From: Eledone cirrhosa
Lineage: Eukaryota
Direction of reading: 5' to 3'
DNA length: 64,000 bases
Assembly: GCA_964016885.1 (NCBI GenBank)
Contig: OZ024740.1
Coordinates: 227,106,001 to 227,170,000 of the forward strand
Positions 11,881 through 23,035 of this stretch are shown in pieces (position 1 is the stretch's first letter; the number at the start of each line of letters is the position of its first letter). The position numbers and the translations under genes were made by a program. The notes beneath the pieces were generated by a model. It ran no database searches, was not told where the DNA came from, and saw only the letters and a program-made list of their open reading frames with translations.

Positions 11881-13010
11881 AACCTACATGTAAATATCAT
11901 GTTATATTTTGTCCCATTAAACTGATTTAATTACAAATTTAATTTTGAGTATGCAATGGGAAGGGAAGTTACCAGTGAGCTGATGGCTCAATCTTAGTGT
12001 CAGTTCTCAGCCATGATTATCTTTCTTCACTTCACTTCCTTTTACTTACTACTTTGTAAAGCCATGAATGTTACATAATGCCATTTAACTTTCCAGACCA
12101 TCGAAGACTGAAGTGTAGGAGGGTTCCGCTTCAATGGCCGTTGAGCATGGGTCAGTTGCTCCTAAACCTTGTACAAAAGACATTGGATCCATTGTCAATC
12201 AAAATCAGACAATAAAAATCTGATACTCTGTGTCAAAGCAAGAAATCAATTTAGTTTCTGATTTATTTCCCTATTAACTATTCTGTCAAAGTAGCCATCA
12301 CATTTTCCATGCTTGACATGCATACACATGTGTATGCATGTTTATGCATATACATGTGTATGCATGTTTATGCATATAGAAGCGTGTATATACACACAAA
12401 TATATTTTGATGTACCTGCACGTGTGTGTGTGTTTATGAGTGTAAAACTGATTAACAACACAAATGTTTTATAACATCTTTTTATGTGTATGAGCGTGTG
12501 TCATATGAAATATTAATGACTGCTTCAAAGGATCATATTTCAGAAGTTATCTTAGCAACAACTACATTGCTTTAGCAGCAGCAACAGCAACTGCAACTGC
12601 AATAACATCTGAACTATGGTGTTGTATAGATATAGTGGTGTGAATCTTTCATGGCTTAGGAATATATATGCTGGTGAATGCTTCTGCATGATAAGTTTAT
12701 CATGGAATGTTCTGTTGCTCTTTAACCCTCAATCACATGCAGTTCAGAATCAAAGCCACAGTCTCTGATTCAAGTCAAGCAAAGATGGTTGAGGTCCTTT
12801 AGTTTGATGTTGAGTATTGGAGTTGATTTTACATAAAGAGATGACCCACAGCACTATAACTGAATTAACCACTCATCAATTTTACAGTGCTAACACTGCT
12901 TACAGTTGTGACTTGTTACTACTGTTCAAACCATCCAAATTCTTGATTTTTTCAAATTTACTTTTCATTGGAATTACGATAACAAAACAGATAAAATTCA
13001 TGGTTGCTAT

Positions 13011-13245
13011 GTTAACCATTCCATTACCATATTTCTAATGAAAGACATTGCCTATGATTGTAAGGTAATTTTTAAAATAACTAAGAAGTTGGAAGGATTT
13101 AATAATGTAAATAAGCTTGAAACATAAGAAATATTTTAAAATAATATAATGATAGAAGGTTTTTATATAAATATAAACACATTCAAATGAAAACTGTTAC
13201 ACCATAGAACCAGGGGCAGTTTCAGATGGTTTTGGAAGAGGTTAT
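13011..13245 (+). mobile_element. piggyBac-like non-autonomous element (TTAA/CCC-type ends), degenerate
   Basis: TTAACC(A)TTCCATTACCATATTTCT...CATAGAACCAGG...GAGGTTA; related copies at 14550-15320, 15365-15615, 34361-34591 and 61487-61708 with TTAACCC/GGGTTAA-like ends. Confidence 0.5.
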
Positions 13246-13314
13246 TGGAGGAGTGGGCTAGGCATTCTTTTTATTAATAAATACTCAGAGCAAACTTTTG
13301 TTGCTTATTTTAAA

Positions 13315-13580
13315 ACTTATTGTGTTAGTGCATGCATGGTCCTGTAAATCCCAAGGGAATCGTAAGGGCCCCATATTGACCTACAGCATTTCTTGGAGCA
13401 TTTATAAACCTGGCAGAGCCCATTCCTCTCCAGGTCTGAATACAGCAGATTTCTTCCATTGAAGGATAGCGAGAGAGAGAGAATGAAAATGAGAAAAATA
13501 TATAGAAGAATTTACTCCACTACTAGATTAGTACTTTTTTATCGTCCTCGAATAGATGAAAGGCAAAGTGGACCTTGGAT
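13315..13580 (-). mobile_element. SINE family A derivative with an alternative 3' tail
   Basis: Paralogous to 27660-28005: shared CTCCAGGTCTGAA(T/C)ACAGCAGATTTCTTCCA segment adjoining a reverse-oriented family A core. Confidence 0.6.
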
Positions 13581-14666
13581 TTTATTAGTAGTGTCTTCCA
13601 AATGTGTTAAAATAAATTCAGCTAAATTTTGTGGTTCTTGCTATTTTCCAAGGTTGCAAACTGTGTAAAGTTTTGTAATTTTAACTGACTTAGAGTAAAA
13701 GTCGCTACAATAACAATTCCAAGAAGCCTAAACTCATTACAGTGCCAGTAATCTTGGGAGATTTTAGAATATCAAATTGACCTCTTGTTGCTCTCAGTAA
13801 TCAGCCCTTCAAATAAATACTAAATGCTTTCCACCCAGCATTAATGAATTATATTTCAAGTATAAGCACTGTTGTCTTCTCTGCTCACTGCTACTTTAAT
13901 TCTTTCAGTATGGTTTCAACACTATTCCTTTGCTTTCACTACTACCAACACATTCTTTGACCTTTAATCACTTTCCTGATTTATTCCAAAATTACCCATA
14001 AACTAAACCTAAATGGGAAGCTGCACCTAATTATGTTTCAATGAAAACGTTTCAAATGCTATGTGATATTGTACATGTGTGTGTTTGTGTGACAGAGAGA
14101 GAAATATGAATGTATATCTATGTATACATATATACACACATATTTATACAAATACATACACATACACACATATACATATATACACACTTATTTATATGAA
14201 TACATACACATACGCACATGCACTCACATACACACACACACTTTATATATATATATAAATACACATACATACACAAATAAATATACTTGAATAGAGAAGG
14301 AGTATGGAAGTATGGAAGAGGGAATGGGAAAGAGAATGAAGAAGAGAGGAAGAGCTTGTAATCTTGTGTTAAATGATAGAAAGAGCAATAATAATCATTG
14401 TTGGTAGAATGTTCAAGAGAATGAGCAATTGGTCAGTCTGATCAGATACATCAGTTTGTCAGGCTAAGGGAAACTGCCATACACTTCAATTAGTCTGTAA
14501 TATACTTAATATAAATTGTTCGGAGTCAACAAGTTGCTCCCCTCTATTTTTAACCCTTTCATTACCATATTTCTAATGTAAAACATTGTCTATAATTTCA
14601 GATAATTTTGAAAATAATCAAAAATCTTAAGGGATTTAATAGAAAAATTAACATTCACATTATTAA

Positions 14667-15176
14667 GGTGTAATGGCAGAATCGATAGAGCATCGGACAC
14701 CATGTGGCATAGAGTTACGGCCCTTTATATTCTGATTTCAAATCCCATTGAGGTTCGCTTTGCCTTACATCCTTATGGGGTTAATAAAATAAAGTACCCG
14801 TAATGCACTGGGGTCGATTTACTTGACTTTCCTCCTCCACAAATATTGTTGACCTTGTGCCTAAATCAGAAACCATGATGGATTGGCAGTATCAGTAGAG
14901 GGTCGGACGCCATGCTTTCCAGCATAGTTACGTCTCTTTACGATCTGAGTTCAAATCCCACCGAGGTTGACTTTGCCTTTCATCCTTACAGGGTCGATAA
15001 AATAAAGTACCAGTAATACACTGGGTAATTTCTGGCCTTGGGCCTAAAGTAGAAACAATTATTAAAATCCCGTCGAGGTTGACTTTGCCTTTCATCCTTA
15101 CGGGGTCGATAAAATAAAGTACCAGTAATGCACTGGGTAATTGCTGGCCTTGTGCCAAAAAGTAGAAACAATTATT
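14667..15176 (+). mobile_element. Tandem cluster of three SINE family A copies nested in a piggyBac-like element
   Basis: Copies at about 14667-14875, 14878-15063 and 15066-15176 (partial); flanks continue the TTAACCC element that starts at 14550. Confidence 0.75.
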
Positions 15177-16066
15177 AAGTTGATGTTTTGACTCGAGCTT
15201 AACAAAAGTTCTTATATATAATTATGATTGAAGTTTTTTTAATAAATGTGAACACTTTAAAATAAATAGAATTATAACATAGAACCAGGAGTGGTCTCAA
15301 GCAGTTTGGTAAAATAAAGTTTGGCTAAATAAAGCCAAACTCAAATTTATCTATTTTTCATAGCATAATCCTTTTGATATCAAACTTCCTGAAATTGTCA
15401 CTAGTCCTATCATACAAATCTCCCCTTTCGAAGTGTTTATATTTATATTAAAACATTCTATCATAATTTTATAAAAGAACTATTTGTTACATAAAGTTCC
15501 AAACTTAATAATAAAGTCTTTTTACTAAATCCCTAAAAATTATTGATTATTTTCAAAACAAACTGAAGTAAATTTTCTGTGAATTTCACTGGAAATATGG
15601 TAACAACAGGGTTAAATGAATATGATGTGAAACCAATATTCTCATGTATAAGAAGCTAGTCCATCTGAAGAAGATCTAAATCAATATTGTTGTACAAAGA
15701 AATGTAGAGTGCTTGATTCAAAATCAAAGGAAACTTTGAAGAAGAAAACCTAAGCAAATGTGGAATGATGTAGTGAAGGCAAACATCATGTAGCTGAACC
15801 TCACAAATATAAATCTTATTTGTCATCATGAATATATATGTGTGTGTGTGTTTGTGTGTGTGTGTACTGAACAAGGAAAGTAAAACAAAAGTCAGAGATA
15901 GGTAGTTAATTAGTTCATTGTTTTACAATCGTTTCAGAGGGTTGAATGATTGTGGTAGATTAATATATCATCTAGCAGGTAGTGGTTCCATTGCTACCTT
16001 CTTCTAGTCTAAAAATCACTGATCAATCCAACCGTCTGCCAAAGATAAAGTGTTGCAAATGATAAT

Positions 16067-16232
16067 AATTTGGGGGCAGAGGAAAGTCGATTAAATCGAC
16101 CCCAGTACATTACTGGTACTTTATTTTATCGACCTCGTAAGGATGAAAGGCAAAGTTAACCTCGGTGGGATTTGAACTCAGATCATAAAGGGCCATAACT
16201 CTATGCTGCAAAGCATGGTGTCTGACGCTCTA
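16067..16232 (-). mobile_element. SINE family A
   Basis: Reverse complement of the family A consensus (CTGGTACTTTATTTTATCGACC..GTAAGGATGAAAGGCAAAGTTAACCTCGG). Confidence 0.8.
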
Positions 16233-16285
16233 GATTTCTAATATTAATGTTTGCCCAACCCATGAGAGCAAGGAAAAGTAGACAT

Positions 16286-16321
<36 letters not shown>

Positions 16322-16657
16322 GTGATGGTGATGATAATGATGAAGAAGAGAGGGGGAAAGGTTAGGGAGATGATGAGGAGGAGGAGGAGGAGGAGGAGGA
16401 GGATGACAACGACAACAAGTAAGAAGAGGGGGTGATAAAGTGGGTGACAAATTGATATTTAATGGCTAACATAACATCACAGTGAATTTGAAAATGCCTG
16501 GATTCAAACTTTGCAATGGAATATTAAATTTTCTTTACAGACAAGAACACTTTCATGTTATTCCTATTTATATGTGTTGTGGGTGTGTGTACATGTGCTT
16601 CTATGTATATATGTGTGTGTAAACTTACATTTACCTTTTCCTTTTATTCTTTTTCAG

Positions 16658-16690
16658 GTGAGTATTTTGCAATTAATAAAGAAACAGGTG
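16658..16690 (+). CDS. Candidate 33-nt coding microexon (EYFAINKETG, cadherin-repeat-like), possible recursive-splice exon
   Basis: Strong polypyrimidine tract TTTACCTTTTCCTTTTATTCTTTTTCAG, then a 33-nt frame-preserving segment, then GTAAGT donor. The phase-1 reading xGT-GAG-TAT-TTT-GCA-ATT-AAT-AAA-GAA-ACA-GGT fits the cadherin F-x-I-x-x-x-T-G motif. Confidence 0.45.
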
Positions 16691-16797
16691 GTAAGTGAGA
16701 AACAAATTATTTATATCTATACCTCTGTCTATGTGCATGCATGTTTGTTATTGTATATATACATACATATGAATATATGTATGTATATATAGAGAGA

Positions 16798-16845
<48 letters not shown>

Positions 16846-17020
16846 GAGAAGAAAGAAGAATACTGCGTGGTTTACACATGGGTTACATATGATAAAAATA
16901 GTCCTTCGTCAGTGATTTTCCAACCATCATTGGTATTTCATCGCATTAAAAATCAGATACCTCAGGCTGGTGCGAGCAATAACTAAAAAAAGTTATTGGG
17001 ACCAGAATTCGCGTAAGGCG

Positions 17021-17108
<88 letters not shown>

Positions 17109-17271
17109 TTGATTATTCTATCTATGGTTATGCAAATACAAAAACCTTTTGTAGTTATATATATTTTTATAAACCCTAAATAGTGGTAGGCAGTAATATA
17201 CTACTACCTTATTACCAGTAAGTTAAATAGCTCAATGTAATAACATCAGATGATTTACAGAGCAGTTATAA

Positions 17272-17322
<51 letters not shown>

Positions 17323-17324
<2 letters not shown>

Positions 17325-17507
17325 GGTCCCTATCATTACACTGCAAAGTTGTCGTGGAGGTGCCACACCAAAAAAGCACCCACCACTCACTGTAAATGAG
17401 GTTGGTGTTAGGAAGGGCATCCAGCTGAAGAAATCAAGCCAGAATCAGTGCCCATCCCACCCTTGGAAGCAGGGAAAAAGTGGACGTAAAATGAAATGAT
17501 GATGATG

Positions 17508-17508
<1 letters not shown>
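17323..17508 (+). mobile_element. 3' part of RTE-tailed SINE family B
   Basis: Matches 53680-53870. Confidence 0.8.
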
Positions 17509-17538
<30 letters not shown>

Positions 17539-17558
17539 CTTGTATATATACATATACG

Positions 17559-17606
<48 letters not shown>

Positions 17607-17972
17607 GAGAGAGAGAGATAGATAGATAGATGTAGATATACATTTTGAAATGGCAAAAGCTCAGCCGTCAGGTCCCAACTCTTTATAATATAGCCATACT
17701 CTACTATCCTATGTATCGAGTATTCTGTTGAGTAATGATCTAACTAGTTTTAAACTGGTTTTGTCTTGATATATATAGAGAGAAATGTCAACAACCTGGC
17801 AACTCAGCAATGTCTCATCATATGAAATGATAATTCTAATTGGTTTAGTTATTGCCCTCACACAGCAGAGTTTGCAGTCATGTAGAACAACAGCAGAGCA
17901 TGCACATCATGGAAGAGCATCTAGCAATAGCAGGCATACAAAATTGCATATAAACCCATGCTAGCGTGGAAG

Positions 17973-18133
17973 ATAGACATTAAACGTTGATGATGATGAT
18001 GATGTATGTATATATATATATATATATATCTATATATATATATGTTAATTCAAAATATTAATAAATATAGACATTAAACGTTGATGATGATGATGATGAT
18101 GTATGTATATATATATATATGTGCATCTAACTA

Positions 18134-18215
<82 letters not shown>

Positions 18216-18250
18216 AATTCAAAATATTAATAAATATAGACATTGAACGT
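17973..18250 (+). repeat. Tandem duplication of a retroposon-tail/(GAT)n/(TA)n junction
   Basis: ATAGACATTAAACGTTGATGAT...TATGTTAATTCAAAATATTAATAAAT occurs twice, plus the start of a third unit. Confidence 0.8.
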
Positions 18251-18257
18251 AATCAAA

Positions 18258-18329
18258 ATATATTTTATTATATATATTTCGGAGGTACTGTGCTGTTTTT
18301 TCAGTACGTCCTCATCAGATAAAATATAT
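18258..18329 (-). ncRNA. Minimal type I hammerhead ribozyme (family 1)
   Basis: Minus strand: ATATATTTTAT-CTGATGA-GGACGTACTG-AAAAAACAGCA-CAGTACCTCC-GAAA-TATATA-TA-ATAAAATATAT. 11-bp stem I, stem II, palindromic AUAUAUAU stem III, UA cleavage site. Confidence 0.85.
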
Positions 18330-18349
18330 AAATTGATGTGTGACATACC

Positions 18350-18414
18350 TCAACTGTGCTGATGGTTCAATTCCAGTCCTGCCAAGACTGGAATTGAACC
18401 ATCAGCACAGTTGA
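18350..18414. repeat. Perfect 29-bp hairpin within the ribozyme-bearing element
   Basis: TCAACTGTGCTGATGGTTCAATTCCAGTC / GACTGGAATTGAACCATCAGCACAGTTGA with a 7-nt loop. Confidence 0.9.
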
Positions 18415-18515
18415 TTAATATTAATAACTCCAGAAAACTTTTACTGTTGAGTGCTTCTAATCTATTGTAAAACTATATTCATTGATTAATCAATGAACCT
18501 TGTTTAACTTTTGGT

Positions 18516-18572
<57 letters not shown>

Positions 18573-18655
18573 CTATATATATATATATATATATGTATAT
18601 GTATATATATATATGTATATATATATATATGTATATGTAAATATTTATGTATATA

Positions 18656-18730
<75 letters not shown>

Positions 18731-18765
18731 CTGATGATTTCTAAAGAATGAAACAGTTCTAGTCC
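18731..18765 (+). ncRNA. Hammerhead core lacking its 5' stem I strand (remnant)
   Basis: CTGATGA-TTTC-TAAA-GAAT-GAAA-CAGTTC-TA-GTCC directly after a (TA)n array; a degenerate paralog lies at about 20443-20482. Confidence 0.45.
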
Positions 18766-18879
18766 TGTAGAATCTCATCTATATTAAAACTTTTATACTC
18801 TACAATGTATTGAGTACCTTACTTACTGTGGTTACCTTCGATTCAACCCGGAATAACGTATATATATATATATATATAT

Positions 18880-19093
18880 CTGCAAAGTGGACGTGTAGGC
18901 GCTACGGAAAAAAAGCACCCAGCACTCACTGTAAATGAGGTTGGTGTTAGGAAGGGCATCCAGCTGTAGAAATCAAGCCAGAATCAGTTGAGCAAGGAAT
19001 GGTCAGCCGACCGGACACTGCCCACAACAGACAACCCGTCTAACCCATCTTAGCGTCGAAGAACGGACGTAAAATGGCGATGATGATGATGAT
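18880..19093 (+). mobile_element. RTE-tailed retroposon 3' fragment
   Basis: AAAAGCACCCAGCACTCACTGTAAATGAGGTTGGTGTTAGGAAGGGCATCC...GGACGTAAAATGGCGATGATGAT. Confidence 0.75.
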
Positions 19094-19195
19094 ATATAAT
19101 ATTTATATATATATATCCCATGCAACCATGGAAAATATAATAGATGATGATGATGAATGTGTATTTCTTTAAAACAGTGAATGTAATTTGAAATT

Positions 19196-19408
19196 TATGA
19201 GAAAGTAAGAAACCTCATTGAATTTATTTTACTATGGAGAAATAGTCTAACTATTAAGTCATATAAGCTCCCCTAATGGAAAAGATGGGAATTAGTCCTG
19301 TAGGTGCTAATGTCCATTGCTTTTGTTAGTTGAGCTTATATACCCTATTATTTAGACTATGTCTCCATAGTAAGATAAATATTTCCATGATCTTCTAAAT
19401 TTCTCATA
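19196..19408. mobile_element. Fold-back / MITE-like element
   Basis: Imperfect arms TATGAGAAA...TTACTATGGAGAAATAGTCTAA...ATATAAGCTC versus GAGCTTATAT...TTAGACTATGTCTCCATAGTAA...TTTCTCATA. Confidence 0.6.
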
Positions 19409-19474
19409 TCTATAAATATATATATATATATACAATATATTAATAAATGGAAACTATATTTATAAAACCATAAT

Positions 19475-19540
19475 TATTTTATTATATATATTTCAAGGGC
19501 GACCAAGGTAAATTATGGTGTGCTTTCATCAGATAAAATA
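19475..19540 (-). ncRNA. Minimal type I hammerhead ribozyme (family 1, left arm)
   Basis: Minus strand: TATTTTAT-CTGATGA-AAGCACACCA-TAATTTACCT-TGGTCGCCCTT-GAAA-TATATA-TA-ATAAAATA. Confidence 0.8.
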
Positions 19541-19647
19541 CAGATTTGTTTTATAAATAAATATTGACATACTGGAAAAAAGAGAACCTCAACCGTTGAG
19601 GATGTCTTTTTTCCAGTATGTCAATATTTATTTATAAAACAAATCTG

Positions 19648-19713
19648 TATTTTATCTGATGAAAGCGCACCATAATTTACCTTGGTCGCCCTTGAAATAT
19701 ATATAATAAAATA
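19648..19713 (+). ncRNA. Minimal type I hammerhead ribozyme (family 1, right arm)
   Basis: Plus strand: TATTTTAT-CTGATGA-AAGCGCACCA-TAATTTACCT-TGGTCGCCCTT-GAAA-TATATA-TA-ATAAAATA. Confidence 0.8.
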
Positions 19714-19847
19714 ATTATGGTTTTATAAATATAGTTTCCATTTATTAATATATTGTATATTTACTCCACTAAACTGTTGAGTGCTTTATATCAGTTATAA
19801 AAATGTTTAAGCTTGTTGAATCTCAACAAATTAAATATAACCTCTGC

Positions 19848-19910
<63 letters not shown>

Positions 19911-20068
19911 GATATGGGATAACAAGTTATAGGTAATCCAGTTAGAGGTGTGAGTACTCTGCGCCGTGGATAGTTTTAACGTACGGCTTTGTTTGACTCA
20001 ACAAGAGGTTTCCATAGATATGCAGCGAGTTCGCGGTAATTCCTATACAGGTTATACTTGGAGTAATA

Positions 20069-20319
20069 ATAGTGAAAGAATGAAGAGTAACATGGTTGGC
20101 TGTACAACAAGGGGCTTTATTTCAGGTATTGACAATTGTTTCATTGATCAGGTGAGTCTAGAGGTTGTATTCTAATGTGTTGATCAGAGGTAAATAATGT
20201 AATGGAGATCAAGTGACACAACTTCAAGCGATTAGCGACCTTTAGACTCACCTGATCAATACCTAAAATAAAGCCCCTTGTTGTACAGCCAACCATGTTA
20301 CTCTTCATTCTTTCACTAT
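20069..20319. repeat. Inverted repeat with a half-hammerhead bulge
   Basis: Arms 20069-20165 and 20238-20319; the left arm has an extra GACAATTGTTTCATT (minus strand contains GAAA-CAATTG-TC). Confidence 0.8.
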
Positions 20320-20325
20320 ATATAT

Positions 20326-20356
<31 letters not shown>

Positions 20357-20952
20357 AGGTACACAAATTGTGTCTGGAGTAACCACAGTTAGTAAAGGTA
20401 CTCAATATGTTGGTAGTAGAGTATAGGCATCTTTATTATATATGATGATTTCATATGAATAAAGCAGTTCTAATCCTGTAGAAGTTATTTATATATATAA
20501 TATATATATATACTTATATGTGCCAGCATGTAAATCAGATATAAAACGAGGAGGAGGATTGTGATTTGTTGAAAATTCAACTGATAGAAAGTTCTCGAGT
20601 TAGATGTGATCTTTATACAGTATTTAAGAATTACAGATGCTATTTAGGTTCCATGCTAAATTGGCTGGTAATGTTCTTTAAAATAAATAACACATCCTCA
20701 CTGTTGATCTATAATCTTAAGGCAGATTCAAAATATACACCCATTTAAGACATGTGGAAACACAGCTCTAACTTCCTTTTTTCGCAGTTGTGTCATGTCA
20801 TTTAGATTGTATTTTATGGGGAAAAGCAGATATATGCTAGTGAATAAGGTTTCTCTCAAATGGAAGAAGTTATCTAATATTAAAGGCTTACTAAATTGTG
20901 TAAGAACGCTTAATATATTTCTATAAAATGCTTCTATGTATTGCAATTTTGT

Positions 20953-22660
20953 GATGAAATGCAGTTCGGGTTTGTGTCAGGTAAAAGTACCACAGACGCT
21001 CTTTTCATTGTAAGACAACTACAGGAGAAGTACCTAGCTAAAAGTAAACCCCTATACTTAGCTTTTGTTGACTTGGAGAAAGCCTTTGACAGAGTTCCAC
21101 ACCCCATTATCTGGTGGGCTCTCAGAAAACTAGGTGTTGATGAATGGCTTGTGAGAGCTATACAAGCAATGTATAAAGAAACAGTCAGCAAGGTTAGAAT
21201 TAACAATGAATATAGTGAAGAGTTTAGCGTAAAAGTTGGTGTTCATCAGGGCTCCATCCTTAGCCCCCTCCTATTTATTATTACCCTTCAGGCTATAACA
21301 GAGGAGTTCAAGACCGGCTGCCCATCGGAACTCCTATACGCAGATGATCTAACGCTCATAGCTGAATCAATGGCTGAACTAGAGAAGAAATTCCAAACAT
21401 GGAAGCACGGCCTAGAATCAAAAGGCCTTAAAATTAACCTGTCTAAGACTAAAGTTCTAGTTTGTAGGAAGGAAAATAGGGCACTGGTCCCATCTGGGAA
21501 ATGGTCATGCTCAGTGTGTAGGAAAGGAGTAGGCAAAAACTCCATTTTATGTCCCAAATGCAAAGTATGGGTGCATAAAAGATGTAGTGGGATAAGCTAA
21601 CTAAGAATATAGATTTTATATGTGGCCGGTGCTCTGGTGCACTAAGTAGCAGCAAGTGCCCACAAAATCTAGCTCATTCCATTGCACTGATGGTTCTATA
21701 GAAATAGTGGACACCTTCCGTTACCTGGGTGACAAAATCAGCAGTGGTGGAGGGTGCTCTGAAAATAAGGTATCTAGAGTCAGAACGGGATGGAAAAAGT
21801 TCAGAGAGCTTATACCCTATTGGCCGCTAAAGGTTTCTCTCTAAAAATAAAAGGCAGATTGTATGATGCCTGCATACGAACCGCAATGTTACATGGCAGT
21901 GAGACTTGGGCATTGTGTGCAGAGGATATATACGCAGACTGGAGAGGAACGAAGCTTGCATGCTCCGTTGGATGTGTAATAGTAATATAGGTGAATGGTA
22001 AAGCAAAAATGAAGTGAGAAATTAGGAATAAGAGGGATCAGATGCTGTTTACTCGAGAGAAGACTACGTTGGTATGGTCACGTGATGCGTATGAAAGACG
22101 ACAGCTGTATAAAAAAGTGCAGGGCGATCAAAATAGACGGTAGCCATGGAGTAGGTAGACCCAGAAAAACCTCGGACGACTTGATAAATTCCAACCTGAC
22201 ACACTTACACCTCTCCAAGACAATGTCACTGGACTGAGATCTTTGGCGCTACACAGTAATACAGAAGACCTACCTTGCCTAAGTACAAAGTGAAACCTAC
22301 AGTCAGTAGGCATCTCTTAACAAAAATACACCCCCGTCCCACTACCTCCACCCCATCCACACCACCCCTTTCGATGTAAAGTTATGTTGGTACCACAACA
22401 TCCAGTCCTAAATAAATGAGGTCGTGTAGGTGTCACGACAAAAAAAACACACAGTCCACGCTGTAATGTGGCCATGTAGGTAACACGGTAAAAACCTCCC
22501 AGTCCACACTGTAAACGTGGTTGGTGTTAGGAAGGACATCCAGCCATAGAAAACCCGCCAGACAGTCCTATACGAGCAAGACAACCAATCTTGCCTCAAG
22601 TGGGAAAATTCCCGTCCAAACCCATGCTGGCGTGGAAGATGGACGTTAAACGATGATGAT
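20953..22660 (+). mobile_element. 5'-truncated RTE-clade LINE, frameshifted (reverse transcriptase plus 3'UTR)
   Basis: QFGFVSGKSTTDA, FVDLEKAFDRV, GVHQGSILSPLLF, YADD and RYLG RT motifs; several indels; (GAT)n tail; closely similar to 42193-44012. Confidence 0.95.
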
Positions 22661-22699
22661 TATCTTTCCTTGTATATGAAGGTTTATAGTTTGCATTAG

Positions 22700-23035
22700 G
22701 TTTTATGCACATGATTTAGGTGGTACATGGCAGGCTTCCTACATGAACATCTTGGCACTCTATATTTAACTTGTTTGCTAGTGACAAACGTTATATTAAT
22801 AGTATTGTAGTAGTTGATTCTATATCAAGTGTCTCCAACTTGCAGGTCATGTCATGAGAGTCAATGAACTTGCTTCAAAACTTTTACTATGGGAGCCCAC
22901 TAATATGAAAAACAAATGCAGAAAACCTGTAAAGACATTAAAGATAGTTATTGAGGAAGATACAGAATTATCTGTTGAAGAACTGAAGCAGTTAATGTTG
23001 AGAGATGGAAAGGTTTTATCATGTCACCACAAAGA
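22700..23035 (+). mobile_element. Degenerate LINE ORF2 C-terminal fragment (RTE-like)
   Basis: AGHVMR..ELASKLLLWEP...RKPVKT...EDTEL resembles 49981-50226 (GHAHRHPE...LWEP...GRPRLT...TDTGL). Confidence 0.6.

Larger units (their letters stand above)
19428..19848. mobile_element. Palindromic hammerhead-bearing element (Penelope-like pLTR or retrozyme-type), family 1
   Basis: Near-perfect inverted repeat 19428-19760 centred on 19594, followed by a tail (ACTCC..CTGTTGAGTGCT..TCAGTTATAAA..TTGTTGAAT..CAACAAATTAAATAT) shared with 51072-51180; (TA)n on both flanks. Confidence 0.75.

Noticed and set aside
16860-17025. Island between TA tracts containing CTGACGA on the minus strand
   Set aside because: No properly placed GAAA, stem II or stem I could be built; may be a repeat fragment but is not supportable as a ribozyme.
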